A DNA stretch of 64,000 nt, taken from an uncultured Actinomycetota bacterium. GTDB taxonomy: Bacteria > Actinomycetota > Actinomycetes > Actinomycetales > Kineosporiaceae. The number at the start of each line of letters is the position of its first letter. Positions within the stretch are counted from its first letter, which is position 1. The notes under the pieces are model-generated. The model did no database searches, was not told the origin of the DNA, and worked only from the letters and a program-made list of their open reading frames with translations. The stretch is from contig CAWBVK010000009.1 of assembly GCA_963792195.1 (NCBI GenBank), forward strand, positions 12,988 through 76,987. Reading direction: 5' to 3'. This document shows positions 12,661 through 25,631 of this stretch, one piece after another. Both the position numbers and the translations under genes were made by a program.

Positions 12661-12693
12661 CCCCCACAGTACCCCACTTTCCCCCACCGTCAA
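12661..12693 (-). promoter_or_regulatory. Candidate Pmra promoter with three MraZ-box direct repeats
   Basis: Minus strand reads TTGACG-GTGGGGGAAA-GTGGGGTACT-GTGGGGG. That is three GTGGGG boxes at exact 10-nt spacing, a TTGACG -35-like hexamer (12693-12688), a 16-nt spacer, and a TACTGT -10-like hexamer (12671-12666), about 55 nt upstream of the mraZ GTG. Confidence 0.6.
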
Positions 12694-12886
12694 CGGTCCG
12701 GCCCGGCCACGTCGCCGGCCGCGCCCTCGTCGTCCCAGGTCAGCGGGGCCCGCGGCGCCGGTAGCGGCGTGGAGCGCGAGGCGGGCTTCAGGCGCGGCGC
12801 GGGGGACCCCCGGGCCGCCTCCGGCCGGCCCTGACCGCCGCAGAACGGGCGGAATCGGGCGCCAGAGGCGCGTCGCGGCCCTCCCT

Positions 12887-12914
12887 GGGGCGATGTGGGG
12901 GGCGATGTGGGGGG
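12887..12914 (+). repeat. 12-bp tandem duplication GGGGCGATGTGG x2 plus partial copy
   Basis: Read directly: GGGGCGATGTGG GGGGCGATGTGG GGGG. Two further GTGGG(T/G) boxes follow at 12930 and 12939. Confidence 0.8.
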
Positions 12915-13077
12915 TTCTCGGCGCCGGCCGTGGGTGAAGTGGGGGGAACGGTGCCGGTGCCCACCGGGGACGGGGTGAACCGGCGGGGCGGACGATTCCG
13001 CCGTCCACCTGAGAGACTGGCCTGCGGGGCGCCGTCAGGGGCAGGCGCCACGTCGTGTCCTCGGGGCCGAAGGAGCC

Positions 13078-14053
<976 letters not shown>

Positions 14054-14060
14054 GGTCGCC

Positions 14061-15414
14061 GTGGCGACGACACCCGGGGGAACCACAGACCCGAGCCGGA
14101 TCCGGCTCTCGGCGCTGACGATGCGCGGGCGCTCGTTCCTCGCGGCCGGCGTGACCGCCGTCCTCTGCGCGCTCGTGCTCGACCAGCGCGACCTGCTGCG
14201 GGTGGGCGTCCTGCTCGTGGCGCTCCCGGTGGGCGCCCTGCTGGCGACCAGCCGGTACCGCTACCGGCTCGCGCTCAAGCGCACGATCGCGCCGGCGCGC
14301 GTCGTGGCGGGCACCACGGCCCGCGTCCGCCTGGAGCTCGAGAACCTGACCCGGCTCTCCACCCGCGTGCTCCTGGCGGAGGACCGGGTGCCCTACACGC
14401 TGGGCCCGTCGCCGCGGTTCGTGCTGGCGCGGCTGCCCGGCGGCCGTCGCGCGGCGGTCACGTACACCCTCCGCTCGGAGCTGCGCGGCCGCTACGCGCT
14501 TGGCCCGCTGCGCCTGCGGCTCACCGACCCCTTCGGCCTCTGCGAGGTCGCCCGCTCGTTCACGGGCGTCGACCAGCTCGTCGTCGTCCCACGGGCCTAC
14601 CCCCTGGCCGGCCGCTCCGGCGGCCGGCCAGTGGACCGGCACGGGCGAGTCGCTGACCCGCAACGCGGCCGCCTCCGGCGAGGACGACATCGCGACCCGC
14701 GAGTACCGCTACGGCGACGACCTGCGGCGGGTGCACTGGCGCTCGACGGCCAGGCGCGGCGAGCTGATGGTCCGACGCGACGAGCAGCCGCGGCAGATGC
14801 GGGCGACCGTGCTCATCGACACCCGCGCGGTCGGCCACCGCGGCGACGGGCCTGCCTCGAGCTTCGAGTGGGCGGTCAGCGCGGCGCGCGTCGGTCGCGG
14901 TGCACCTCACGGGCCAGCGCTACGGCCTGCGGCTGCTGCTCGACGGGGAGTCCTCCGGCTGGGCGTCGTCCGAGCGCCTCGGACGGCGGCGGCGCCGTCC
15001 TCGACGAGCTCGCGGTGGTGCGCCTGGGCGGCCCCCGCGAGCTCACGGAGGCGATCGCCACCCTGGCGCGGACCGGAGGCGACGGGATGGTCGTCGCCGT
15101 GCTCGGCGAGGCCCCCGAGGACGAGATCGCCGCCCTGGCGGGCCTCGGCCGGCACGGCGGGCGCGGGGTGGCGATCCTGCTCCGCACGCCGGAGTGGGCG
15201 GGCCCCCTGCCCGAACGCAGGGCGGCCGAGCTCGACGAGCAGCGGGGCCGTAACCTCGAGGTACTGCGCGCGGGCGGCTGGTCGGTCGCCGAGGCGGGCG
15301 CCGGCGGACGCGGTTCCCGACGTCTGGGCCAGGGCCACCGCCGACCTCGTGCCACCCTCGGTCGCCGGCGAGCGACCGCGCATGACCGTCGTCCCGAACG
15401 GGAGGCAATCGTGA
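14061..15414 (+). CDS. DUF58 family protein (MoxR partner, vWA-like), frameshifted
   Basis: GTG 14061, 8 nt after the moxR stop. Two N-terminal TM helices. Hallmark REYRYGDDLRRVHWRSTARRGELMVRRDEQP in ORF 14500..15414. Confidence 0.85.
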
Positions 15415-17792
15415 GGGTCTCGGCATCCGTGCGGCTCGCCGTCGCGGGCTGGATCGCCACGATGCTCGCCAGCATGACCATCTTCCCGCTGGTGCAGGGC
15501 GGCGGCTGGTGGATCGCGCTGGGGCTCATCGCCGCCGTCACGTCGGGCGCGGGCCTCCTCGCCCGGCGCTTCACGGCATGCGGACCCGCTCGTGGTCGCC
15601 GTCCAGGTGGTGACCTGGGTGGTGGCCATGACCCTGCTCTTCCTGCCGCACCAGGCCTGGGCCGGCGTCCTCCCGGGACCCGACGCGATCGACCAGGGCC
15701 GGCTGCTGTTCGAGCAGGGTCTGCGCGTCATGCACCGGGCGGCACCCCCCGTCGACGACACGACGAGCGTCATCTTCGTGACGGCGGGCGGCCTCACCCT
15801 GGTCGCCCTCGTGGTCGACGTGCTCGCCGTGACGCTGCGGCGCCCCGCCGTCGCGGGCCTCCCGCTGCTCGCGGTCTACTGCGTGCCGGCGGCCGTGCTC
15901 CCCGACGGCCTGCCCTGGCCGTACTTCCTGTTGGCCGCGCTCGGATTCCTCGTCCTCGTCGGCGTCGACTCGGTGGACCGGGTGCAGGCCTGGGGCCGGG
16001 TGCTCGCCGGCACCGACGCCGACGGCCGGTCCGCGATCACCTTCGGCAACGGCGCACGCAAGATCGCCTCGGTCAGCCTCGCCGTGGCGGTCGTGCTGCC
16101 GCTGCTCGTGCCGGGGCTCGGCGAGCGCGTGCTCGGCGAGCGCAGCGGCGCGGGCACCGGGTCCGGCAAGGGAGGCACCGCCGTGGTGGTGGACCCGCTG
16201 CTGCGGCTGCGCCAGGACCTCCAGCAGCCGAGCGACGCACCGATCATGACCTACACGACGGACATGGCCGACCCGCAGCCGCTGCGGATGGTCGTCGAGG
16301 ACGAGTTCACCGGCGACGCATGGCAGTCGACCGTGAGTTCGGTGCCGCAGGACCAGCAGCCCGCGAACGGCGTCGGGGACCCCGAGGGCCTGACCGCGAA
16401 GGACGTCCAGCGGCCGGAGCACACGACCACCATCAAGGTGGGCAGCCTCGCCGAGAGCTACCTGCCGCTGCCCTACCCCTGGACGTCGGCCAACCCGCCC
16501 GGCAACTGGTACTACGACGACTCCACCCGCACCGTGGTCGGGGTCGGCTCCTCGACGAAGGGGATCACGTACACGGTGGACCACTTCACCGTGGACGCCA
16601 CGCCCCAAGAACTGCGCGACGCGCCCGCGGCGCCCCCGGACATCGTGGACCGGTACACCAAGCTGCCGCCCGGCACCAACCCGGAGATCGCCACGATAGC
16701 GGCCCAGCAGGCCGGCCCCGGGACGAAGTTCGACCAGGCCGTCAGTCTGCGGGACTGGCTGCGAAAGTTCGAGTACTCGTTCAAGGCACCGGGGGACGGC
16801 ACGAACGACAGCAGCAGCGACGTGATCCTGCAGTTCCTGAAGGAAAAGAAGGGCTACTGCGTGCACTTCGCCGCCGCGATGGCGGTGATGGCGCGCACCC
16901 TCGGGATCCCCGCTCGCGTCGTCGTGGGGTTCCTCCCCGGGACCAAGGACGCCCAGGGCACCTGGACGATCCGCGTGAAGGACGCGCACGCCTGGCCGGA
17001 GCTCTACTTCCAGGACTACGGCTGGGTGCGGTTCGAGCCGACCCCGTCCGCAGGGTTCCCAGGGGGTCGGCGACGTCGTCTCCGGTGGCCTGCCGCAGCA
17101 GCAGCCGACCGCGACCGCCACGGCCCAGCCGACCGCGAGCGCCTCGTCGACGAGCGGCCGCATCAAGGGTGAGGACCCCAACCCCGACGAGTCCTCGCTG
17201 ACCGCCGCGGGGAGCGCGGCGAAGCCGGGGTGGCAGCGGATCGCCGCCGCGCTGCCGTGGCCCTGGATCGGTCTGGGTCTCGTGCTGCTGCTCGTCGCCG
17301 CGGCGCCGTCCACCGCGCTCGCGCTGGCACGACGGTCACGGTGGCGGCGTGTCGACAGCCGCGCCGGGCGTGCCGAGGCCGCGCTGGACGAGCTGGCCGA
17401 GCGCCTCGAGGACCTCGGCCTGCACGTCTCGCCCGCCTGGACCCCGCGGGGTCTGCGGCAGTGGCTGGTGGGCGCGGAGCACGTGCCGCCCAGCCGGACA
17501 GCTGCGCTGGACCGGCTGGTGGGCGAGGTCGAGTCGGCGCGGTACGCGCCGCCGGGCGGCGAGGGGCTGTCGGCGGAGGAGCTGCGCGCGCGACGTGCTC
17601 GAGGTGGTCGCGATCGTGGCCGAGCAGGTGCCCGCCGGCCGGCGACGGCTCGCACGGCTCCTGCCGGCATCCGGCATCGCGGCGCTCGGCGGGGCGGCGC
17701 GGCGGGCCGAATCGGCGGCCGACGGCGCCGGCCGCCGGGCGATGAGCCAGGTCGACGAGGTGCGCAAGCTGGTCGGCGGCCGACGGCGCTGA
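15411..17792 (+). CDS. Transglutaminase-domain membrane protein (TgpA-like), frameshifted
   Basis: GTG 15411 overlaps the DUF58 stop (GTGA). Multi-TM N-terminus. Cys-His-Asp core KKGYCVHFAAAMAVMARTLGIPARVVVGF...DAHAWPELYFQDYGWVRFEPTP. C-terminal TM plus DUF4129-like tail ending at 17792. Confidence 0.85.
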
Positions 17793-17975
17793 GCCGGCCC
17801 GTGGCGCTGAGCGGGCCCCGGCGCCTCGACTCGGTCACTCGGTCGCTGCGCGGGGACCGGGCTCGCGGGGGGGATCGCGGGGACGACACGACGTCGTTGC
17901 CGCGGCGCGTCCATCCCCCGTGATCTGGTTCTCGGGGCTGGGGGCCGGGAGGCGCGGTGGCGCCGCACATGCAGC

Positions 17976-18003
17976 GGGCCCCGCCGGTGGTCCGGCGGGG
18001 CCC
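17976..18003. terminator. Perfect 12-bp GC stem / 4-nt loop hairpin between convergent genes
   Basis: GGGCCCCGCCGG-TGGT-CCGGCGGGGCCC. It lies 32 nt past the stop of the 18035..18424 gene and about 180 nt past the tgpA-like stop. No U-tract, as is common in high-GC actinobacteria. Confidence 0.5.
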
Positions 18004-18034
18004 GAGGCCTTGAGCGAGGCGGGTCTGCGGTGGG

Positions 18035-18424
18035 TCAGCGCTCCTCGCGGCGGCGCTCCCAGCGCTCCTCGAGTCGCTGCATGAACGAGCCGCGGCGCCG
18101 GCGGTTGGGAGTGACGGGGCGGACGGTTCCGGCGCGGTTGACCACGCCGTGGGCCCGGGCTTCTTGCCGGGAGGAGACGGTGTAGGCGAACGCGGCCAGC
18201 ATGACCAGGAAGCCCGCGATGCCGACGATCACCTGCTGCTCTGCGACGCCGACGAGCAGCAGGACCAGGCCGAGGACGACGCCGACGATCCCGAGGAGCA
18301 GCCGTCGGGCCGAACTCGATCGACGGACGGCGCCCCGCATGGCCGAGGCCCACTTCGGGTCCTCGGCGTAGAGAGCGCGCTCCATCTGCTCGAGCAGGCG
18401 CTGCTCGTTCTCGGAGAGCGGCAC
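18035..18424 (-). CDS. DUF3040 family small membrane protein (Rv2169c-like); intact
   Basis: MPLSENEQRLLEQMERALYAEDPKWAS followed by two TM helices (LLLGIVGVVLGLVLLLVGV, VIVGIAGFLVMLAAFAY). Confidence 0.8.
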   Translation of the reverse strand: MPLSENEQRLLEQMERALYAEDPKWASAMRGAVRRSSSARRLLLGIVGVVLGLVLLLVGVAEQQVIVGIAGFLVMLAAFAYTVSSRQEARAHGVVNRAGTVRPVTPNRRRRGSFMQRLEERWERRREER

Positions 18425-18541
18425 GTCGACCTCCTGGGTACACGGTGCGTTGGAGACAGGATAGGTCGGGCCACGCCGGTGCGAAACCCGGTCTGGTCAT
18501 CGTCGACACTCCGCCGGTGCTTACTTGACGTCACCTCGGAT

Positions 18542-19877
18542 CTACCGGTGGCAATCCTGTGATCGGGAGCACCGGGCCTCCGTAGTGCGGACAAGCCGGG
18601 CGCACGCTGCGTCACGAGCCGGGGGCCGGCAGTGTGCTCCGTGCTCTCGGGGACCAGGGCGGCCGGGCGCACCGCGCCCGGCTCCGAAGCGGGCGCTGGC
18701 ACGGTCGACGGCACGCTCCGCCTCGCGCCAGCCCTGCGGGACGCTCGTCGAGGGCAAGCTGCTGGTGGCCGGTGGTGGCCGGGGCGAGGCCTTCGACGCG
18801 GACGCCGACGAGACGCAGCCGGGCCCGGTCGAGCCCGAGCCGCAGGAACAGGTCGCGCGCGGTGGCGTAGACCGTCCGCGCGACGTCGGTCGGCTCGCCG
18901 CAGGGTCCGCGAGCGGGTGATCGTCGTGAAGTCGGCGAAGCGGACCTTCAGGACGACGGTGCGCCCGACGGCGTCCTGGGCACGCAGGCGGGCCGCCACG
19001 CGCTCGGACAGGCGCAGCACCTCGCGGAGCACGACCTCGGGGTCGTCGACGTCCCGGGCGAAGGTCTCCTCCGCGCCGATGCTCTTCTCCGCCTGCTCGG
19101 CGACGACGCGGCGCGGGTCGCGGCCCCAGGCGAGCTCGTGCAGGTGCGCGCCCGCTGCCTCGCCGAGGGCGCGCTTGAGGGTGTCGAGCGGGGTGTGCGC
19201 GAGATCGGAGACGGTGCGCAGGCCGAGACGGTGCAGCGCCTCCTCCGTGCGCTCCCCCACTCCCCAGAGCGCGCCGACGGGAAGCGCCGTGCAGGAAGGG
19301 GACCGTCTCGTCCCGCGGGACCACGAGCATGCCGTCGGGCTTGGCCCGCCCCGAGGCCAGCTTGGCGACGAACTTCGTCGAGGCGACCCCGACGGAGCAG
19401 GTGATCTGCTGCTCGTCCGCGACGCGGTCGCGGATCAGCCCGGCGATGATCGACGGCCGTCCGAGCCGGCGCACGGCCCCGGCGACGTCGAGGAACGCCT
19501 CGTCGAGGCTGAGCGGCTCGACCAGCGGGGTGACCGATCGGAAGATCTCCATGACCCCGCGCGACACCTCCGCGTATCGGCGGTGGTCGGGCTCGACCAC
19601 GACGCGCCTGCGGGCACAGCCGGCGGGCACGGGTCATCGGCATGGCCGCGTGCACCCCGAAGGCCCGGGCCTCGTAGGTGGCCGACAGGACGACCCCGCG
19701 GCTGCCGCCACCACCCACGACGACGGGCAGGCCCCGCAGGTGCGGCCGGTCGACGAGCTCCACCGAGGCGTAGAAGGCGTCCATGTCGACGTGCAGGATC
19801 GTGCAGTCGCTGTCGTCGCCGGACAGGGCCGCCCGGTCGCGGGCGGCGCCAGCGCGGTCGAGCTGGCGCCGGCTCAC
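18542..19877 (-). CDS. dinB: DNA polymerase IV (Y-family, DinB), frameshifted; 3' end uncertain (18542-18614)
   Basis: [88 protein letters not shown]-type segment, [20 protein letters not shown]-terminal [18 protein letters not shown]. Pieces in three frames. Confidence 0.85.
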
Positions 19878-19881
19878 GGAG

Positions 19882-20724
19882 TCACCGCCGGGGCCGCCGG
19901 GTCGCGCATGGCGGCAGCGTCACGCGGGGCGCGGCGGGGCCGACCGGGCCCTCGCGCCGCAGGACGACGTGCAGCTGGGCGCAGACCGCGGCGAGCTCGG
20001 GCTGCTCGCTGGCCGCACGCTCGAGCTCGAGCAGGTCCTGGACGGCGTCGGGGTCGCCGTCGACGAGCGCACCGGGGAGCAGGTCGGTGACGAGCCGGAC
20101 CCCGTGCGCGGCCCGCACCCGGACGGGTTCGGCCTCGAACAGCGCGAGGACACCGGCGCGGTCGAACCGGCGGGCGATCGGGTCCTGCGGCCCGGTGCGG
20201 CCGTCGGGGTCCTCGAGCAGCCTGGCGGGCCGCACCGAAGCGACCCGAGAGGGCGCGGGCCAGGAGCGCCCCGAGCCGCTGGGCGACGAGGACGCTGACC
20301 ATCCCGCCGGGCCGCAGCACCTCGAGCATGTCGAGCACGGCGGCCTTGGGGTCGTCGACGTGCTCGAGGACGCCGTGGCAGAGCAGCAGGTCGGCGCCGG
20401 ACGCGCCCGACGACCGCCGAGAGGTGCCCCGGCGTCGCCCTGCTCGGCGCGCACCGCGCCCGGCGACGCCGGCCTCGGCGGCCCGGCGCTGGAGCGCGGC
20501 GAGCGCGTCGGGACTGGGGTCGACGACGGTGACGCGGTGCCCCAGCCCCGCCAGGGGAACCGCGAAGCCGCCCGTGCCGCCGCCGACGTCGACGACGTCG
20601 AGGGGGCGCGGCCGAGCCCGTCGTGCTCGCGGAGCAGGGCGTCGAGGACGTCCCAGACGACGGCCGTGCGGACGGCCTGGCGCGGGTCGGCGCGGGCCGC
20701 CCAGCGGCGCGCTTCGTCGGACAC
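19882..20724 (-). CDS. Class I SAM-dependent methyltransferase, frameshifted
   Basis: GTG 20724 ([16 protein letters not shown]). Manual stitching gives motif [35 protein letters not shown] and [13 protein letters not shown]...[11 protein letters not shown]. The stop is 4 nt before the dinB start. Confidence 0.7.
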   Translation of the reverse strand: MSDEARRWAARADPRQAVRTAVVWDVLDALLREHDGLGRAPSTSSTSAAARAASRFPWRGWGTASPSSTPVPTRSPRSSAGPPRPASPGAVRAEQGDAGAPLGGRRARPAPTCCSATASSSTSTTPRPPCSTCSRCCGPAGWSASSSPSGSGRSWPAPSRVASVRPARLLEDPDGRTGPQDPIARRFDRAGVLALFEAEPVRVRAAHGVRLVTDLLPGALVDGDPDAVQDLLELERAASEQPELAAVCAQLHVVLRREGPVGPAAPRVTLPPCATRRPRR

Positions 20725-20862
20725 GGCCGGTCTCCCAGCGGGGCGAAGGGGTGGGGCGGACCAGGCCACCCTAGCGACGCGCGCGGCACGGGCCGGGACG
20801 CGCGCGGCACGGTCACCCGGTCGAGCGCGTGCCGGGGACCCGCGCCCCCGGCGACCGCGCCC

Positions 20863-23800
20863 TCACCGGCCGGAGCTGCCGGGGCTGGCGTGCCACAGCT
20901 TGCGCGCCGGGTCGCCGCGGCGACGGTCGGCGCGGTCCTGCGAGGTCTCGGCGGCGGTCATCCGCCGGGTGTCCCGGGTCTGGTCGCCCGGCGTCCCCAC
21001 GTCGGCGTAGGGCGACTGCCGGTAGCCCGTGGCGTACTCGACCAGGACCCGCCGGTACCCCGGGCCGCCACCCATGCCGCCGGCACGGCGCTGGTCGTCG
21101 TCGGGGGCCGCAGCGGCCGCGGCCGCGGGGCGGTACCCGTCGCGGTCGCCCACCGGCAGCCCGGTCGCCGCGACCTCCTGCGTCGCGGTCGTAGGGCGGG
21201 TTGACGCTCACGCCGAACTCGGTGACCGGCGGCCGGGCGAGCACGGGCCGCGGAGGACCGGCTCGCCGCCGCCCCGGCCACCGCTCCCTGCGTCGCACCG
21301 GTCCGACCCGGCGCGGTGCTCGAGCAGCTCGCGGACGGCGTCGGTGCCGCCCTCGGTCCAGGCGTCCCAGAGCACGGGCAGCTCCCAGGCGCCGGTCGCG
21401 CGCAGGCTGACGCCGCGCGGGCCGGTCCTGCGCAGCACCCCGCGCACGACGAGCAGCCAGGAGTGGAACACCGTGGCGGCGTAGGGGCCCTGGACGTCCT
21501 CGAAGAAGGTCGCGTCGACCGGCCCGGTGGCGTCGTCGAGGGTGAGGAAGACGACCCGCCGCCCCGAGCGGATCGGCGGGGTCTGGGTCGCCACCTTGAC
21601 CCCGGCGACCAGCAGGTCGGCCCGGCTGCGCCGGCTGCAGGAGGTCGCGCGAGCGGGTGATGCCGAGCTCGTCGAGCATCGGGGCGTAGAAGTCGAGCAC
21701 GTGCCTGCTGGCGTCGAGACCCAGCACCTCGAGCTCGGCGCGCACCCGCTCGGCGCCCGTCATCTCGGCCAGCCCGGCCGGGACGGTCTCGTCGGGGGCG
21801 TCACCGAGGTCGAGCGCGAGCTGCACCGGCTGGAGCTGGGCGGGGGTCGCGGCGCGGGGCGCCTGCGACTGGCGGGCGGCGGCGGCGCGGACGGCGTCGG
21901 GAGGGCCCGCGGCGCCACCGGCGGCGACCGCCGTGCTCGACCGCACCTGCCGCCGCGCCCGGTGCCCGGGACCCTGCCGCGCGGTGTGCGCCCGCGCAGG
22001 GCCGCACGTGTCCACCGGTCGAGCTCGGCGACCTGGAGCAGCAGGTCACGACGCGTGACCCGGCCCCGGCGCCGGACCGGCACGGGCGAACCCGAGGCCG
22101 TAGAGGGTGTCGAACGCGCCGGCCACGACGAGCCGTTCGACGACGGGCCGGGAGACCCCGGCGCGGTGCCAGAAGTCGGCGAGCGAGTGGTAGGGCCGCC
22201 CGGCGACGACCCGCTCGACCTCGGCGTCGGTGATGCCCTTGACGTCGGCGAGGGCGAGCCGGATGCCGTAGGGGCGCCCGTCGGGCAGGTCGGGGTGAGG
22301 ACGTTCGCGGGCCGGGGCGGCTTCGGGCGTGCCGTCCCGCTGCGCCTCGAGCTGGTCGAGGACCCGCGGCGGCGGCTCGTCCCACCAGGTCACCTTCTCG
22401 ACGCGGTACGTCGGCCTCGGAGCGGTTGACGTCGAGCGGGAGCACGGCGATGCCGAGGTTGCGCGCGTCGTCGAGGATCAGCCGCTTGGGGTACATGCCG
22501 GGGTCGTGCGTCAGCACACCGGCGAGGAACGCGGCGGGGTGGTGCGCCTTGAGCCACGCCGAGTGGTACGTCGGCAGGGCGAACGCGGCGGCGTGCGCCT
22601 TGCAGAACCCGAACGACGCGAAGGCCTTGAGCACCTCCCAGACCCGGTCGACGGTCGGCGTCGTCGAACCCCTGCCGGCGGGCGATCGGGCGGAACCACT
22701 CCTCGACCTCGAGCTGGCCCTCCCGGCTGCCCAGCGTGCGGCGCACCTCGTCGGCCTGGGCCAGCCCGCAGCCCGTCATCGCGTCGATGATCTGCAGCAC
22801 CTGCTCGTGGAAGACGACGACGCCGCCGGTCGGCGCGAGCGTAGGGCTCGAGCCGCTCGTGCAGGTAGTCGGGCTCGTCCCAGCCCTGCCGTGCCCGCAG
22901 GAACGGGGTCACCATGTCGGACTTCACGGGGCCGGGGCGGAACAGCGAGATGTCGATGACGAGGTCGAGGAAGGTCTCGGGCCCGAACTTGCCGACGAGC
23001 TCACGCTGCCCCGGCGACTCGATCTGGAAGCAGCCGAGGGTGTGGGCCGTGCGGATGAGCCGGAAGGTCGGCTCGTCGTCGTGCGGCACGGCGTCGAGCT
23101 CGATCCGCCCGGTCGCGGCGTCGACGTACGGCGCGTCGGCCGGGTGCTCCCCGGCGCGCACCGCGTCGGGGCCGTCGACGCGGGCGATCTCGTCGAGGGC
23201 GTACGCCATCGCCGACTGCATGCGGATCCCGAGGACGTCGAGCTTCAGCAGGCCCATCTGCTCGACGTCGTCCTTGTCGAACTGGCTCATCGGGAAGCCG
23301 AGCCAGCTCGCCTCGACCGGGGTGCGGTCGAGCAGGCCGGCGTCGGAGATGAGCACGCCGCAGGGGTGCAGGGCGACATGGCGGGGCAGCCCGTCGAGCC
23401 GCTCGACGAGGTCGAAGAGCACGCCGAGCCGCTCCGAGGCGATCCCCGAGGCGCGCAGCTCGGGCAGCTCGACGAGGGCGTGCCGCACGTCGCGGGCGCG
23501 GATGTGCGGGAACGACTTGGCGATGACGTCGATCTCGCCGGGCGGCATGCCGAGCGCGGCACCGGCGTCGCGGATCGCGTGCCGCACGCGGTAGGTGTCC
23601 ATCATGGAGACGCACGCGACCCGGTCGGAGCCGAAGCGCTGCGAGGATCGCCTCGTAGACCTCGGTGCGCCGGGCGGACTCGACGTCGAGGTCGATGTCG
23701 GGCAGCGCGATCCGCAGCGGGCGTGAGGAACCGCTCCATGAGCAGGTCGTACCGGATCGGGTCGACCCCCGAGATGCCCAGCAGGTGGTTGACCAGGCTG

Positions 23801-25117
23801 CCGGCGCCCGAGCCGCGTGCCGCAACCCGGACGCCGAGGTCGCGCACGAGCGTGCAGACCTCGTCGACGGTGAGGAAGTAGGAGGCGAAGCCGAGCCGGG
23901 CGATGGTGTCGAGCTCGTCGTCGAGGCGGTGCACGACCTGCCGGAGCCTGCTCGCTGACAGGCCCGGGTACTTCCGGTCGATCTCGGCCTCGCAGTTCTT
24001 GCGCAGGCGCGCGTTCGCGTCCTCGGCCTCCTCGAGGCCGAGGACGTGGTTCTCGGGCAGGTGCACCGAGTCGATGCCGAGGTCGGCGCGGAGATCGAGC
24101 CGGCAACGGGCGGCGAGAGCCTGAGTCGCCGCGAGCAGGCGGGCGGCGCCCCCAGGGTCGTCGGCGGCGCGCGCGACCTCGGTCGCGATCGGCGCCATGT
24201 GCCCGGGACCGGCCAGGTACCCCTGCGCGCTCACCCGGTCGAGGTGGCGCCCGTCGAGCGGGACGAGCCGCCGTGCGGAGTCGAGGACGTCGGCGGTCGC
24301 GGCATCGGCGGGGTCGACGTACCGCACGGCGTTCGTGAGGACGGCCGGGACGCCGGCGGCACGGGCGAGCTCGAGCATCCGCGCGGCGTGACCGACGCTC
24401 GCGGGGCCGCCCTGGGGGCCGTGGTGGCAGACGACCTCGACGGCGAGCGCCCCGGGGGGCAGCGCGGCAGCCCACCGGGCGAGGACGGCGCGGGCGAGGT
24501 CGGGGCGCCGGGCGAGAACGGCCCGGCCCACCTCGGAGTCGGGGCCGAGGAGCACGACCAGGCCCGCCGGCCCCGGGGGCGGGTCGGACGGGGGTGGGTC
24601 GGACCCCGGCGCGGGGACCGACGGGTCGCCGATCAGCCGGGCATGGGCGGCGACGGACTCCAGGGTGGCGACCGGCCGGCCGCGCTCGCCGCGCAGGTGG
24701 GTGGCCGAGACGAGGCGGCACAACCGGGCCCAGCCGCCGCCGGCGGGGACGCCGGCGCCGTGGTCGGCGCCGAGCGCGAGGACGGTGACGCGGGGGTGGC
24801 GGGGGTCGACGGTCGCACCGCCGCGCACCGGGCTGCGCCGACGCGGCGCCGGTCGGTCCGGCCGAGGGCACGGCCCAGGGGGGCAGCCCGGTCAGCAGGC
24901 CGGTCGGTTCGACCGCGAGGTCCGCACCCAGCACGGGCGCGATCCCGGCGGTGCGGCAGGCCAGGACGAACTTCACGGCGCCGTACAGACCGTCGCGGTC
25001 GGTCAGGGCCAGGGTGTCCATCCCCTGCGCGGCGGCCGCTCCGACCAGCGCCGCCGGCATCGATGTGCCGTACCTCAGCGAGTACCCCGATGCGACGTGG
25101 AGGTGCGGGAAGGACAC
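20863..25117 (-). CDS. dnaE2: Error-prone DNA polymerase III alpha paralogue DnaE2 (ImuC), at least eight frame switches
   Basis: GTG 25117 MSFPHLHVASGYSLRYG (PHP). LGFASYFLTVDEVC, LPDIDLDVES, GLPRHVALHPCGVLISD, GLLKLDVLGIRMQS, TLGCFQIESPGQRELV, FGFCKAHAAAFALPTYHSAWLKAHHPAAFLAGVL, VVFLTLDDATGPVDATFF. C-terminus ...YATGYRQSPYADV...RKLWHASPGSSGR*. Confidence 0.9.
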
Positions 25118-25135
25118 GGCGGGCCTGCCGGGCCG

Positions 25136-25570
25136 TCAGTTGCAGGTGGGGATGGCGCCCGGCAGCACCTGCTGGTACGGCAGACCGAAGGACGCTTCGA
25201 CGACGTGGTGGAAGGCCTCGGCATCGCGGAGCAGGTCGTCCGCCTCGCGGGCGGTGATCGTGTCGCCGCGGCCGGCCTCGACGGCGGCCCGGCGCGATGC
25301 GGTCGCCGCGAAGAACGAGGCCCACTCCCCCATCTCGGGAGCGAGCCGCGGCAGCACGTCCCACACGCTGCGCGGGCCGCCGCGGGAGCCGGGCCGCCCG
25401 CGGACCGCGAGCACGGCGGCCGCGGCACGCAGCGCCGCCATGTGCGCGGCGAGGTAGCGCTCGCTGCAGCTGCGGGCGGCCGCTGCGTGCAGCAGGCCGG
25501 CCCGGGACCGGTCGAGCAGCACGCGGGCGGCCGGGGACAGGGGCGGTCGGGTCAGGGTCGTCGCCGTCAC
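25136..25570 (-). CDS. Small HEPN-like protein (resembles SAV_6107-family HEPN domain proteins); intact
   Basis: 144-aa ORF with its stop 18 nt before the dnaE2 start. ERYLAAHMAALRAAAAVLAVRGRP...SVWDVLPRLAPEMGEWASFFA...READDLLRDAEAFHHVVE. The family was recognised from memory only; no search was possible. Confidence 0.55.
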   Translation of the reverse strand: MTATTLTRPPLSPAARVLLDRSRAGLLHAAAARSCSERYLAAHMAALRAAAAVLAVRGRPGSRGGPRSVWDVLPRLAPEMGEWASFFAATASRRAAVEAGRGDTITAREADDLLRDAEAFHHVVEASFGLPYQQVLPGAIPTCN

Positions 25571-25631
25571 GTCGGCTTCCTCCGGGGGTTCGTGGGGTGG
25601 CTGCTCGTCGGGCTCTCGCGGGCGGCTGCCC

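Noticed and set aside
18542-19877. Whether this Y-family polymerase gene is the missing imuB of the dnaE2 system
   Set aside because: It retains the canonical catalytic N-terminus ([23 protein letters not shown]), which ImuB proteins lack, and it lies downstream rather than upstream of dnaE2. It is therefore called dinB.
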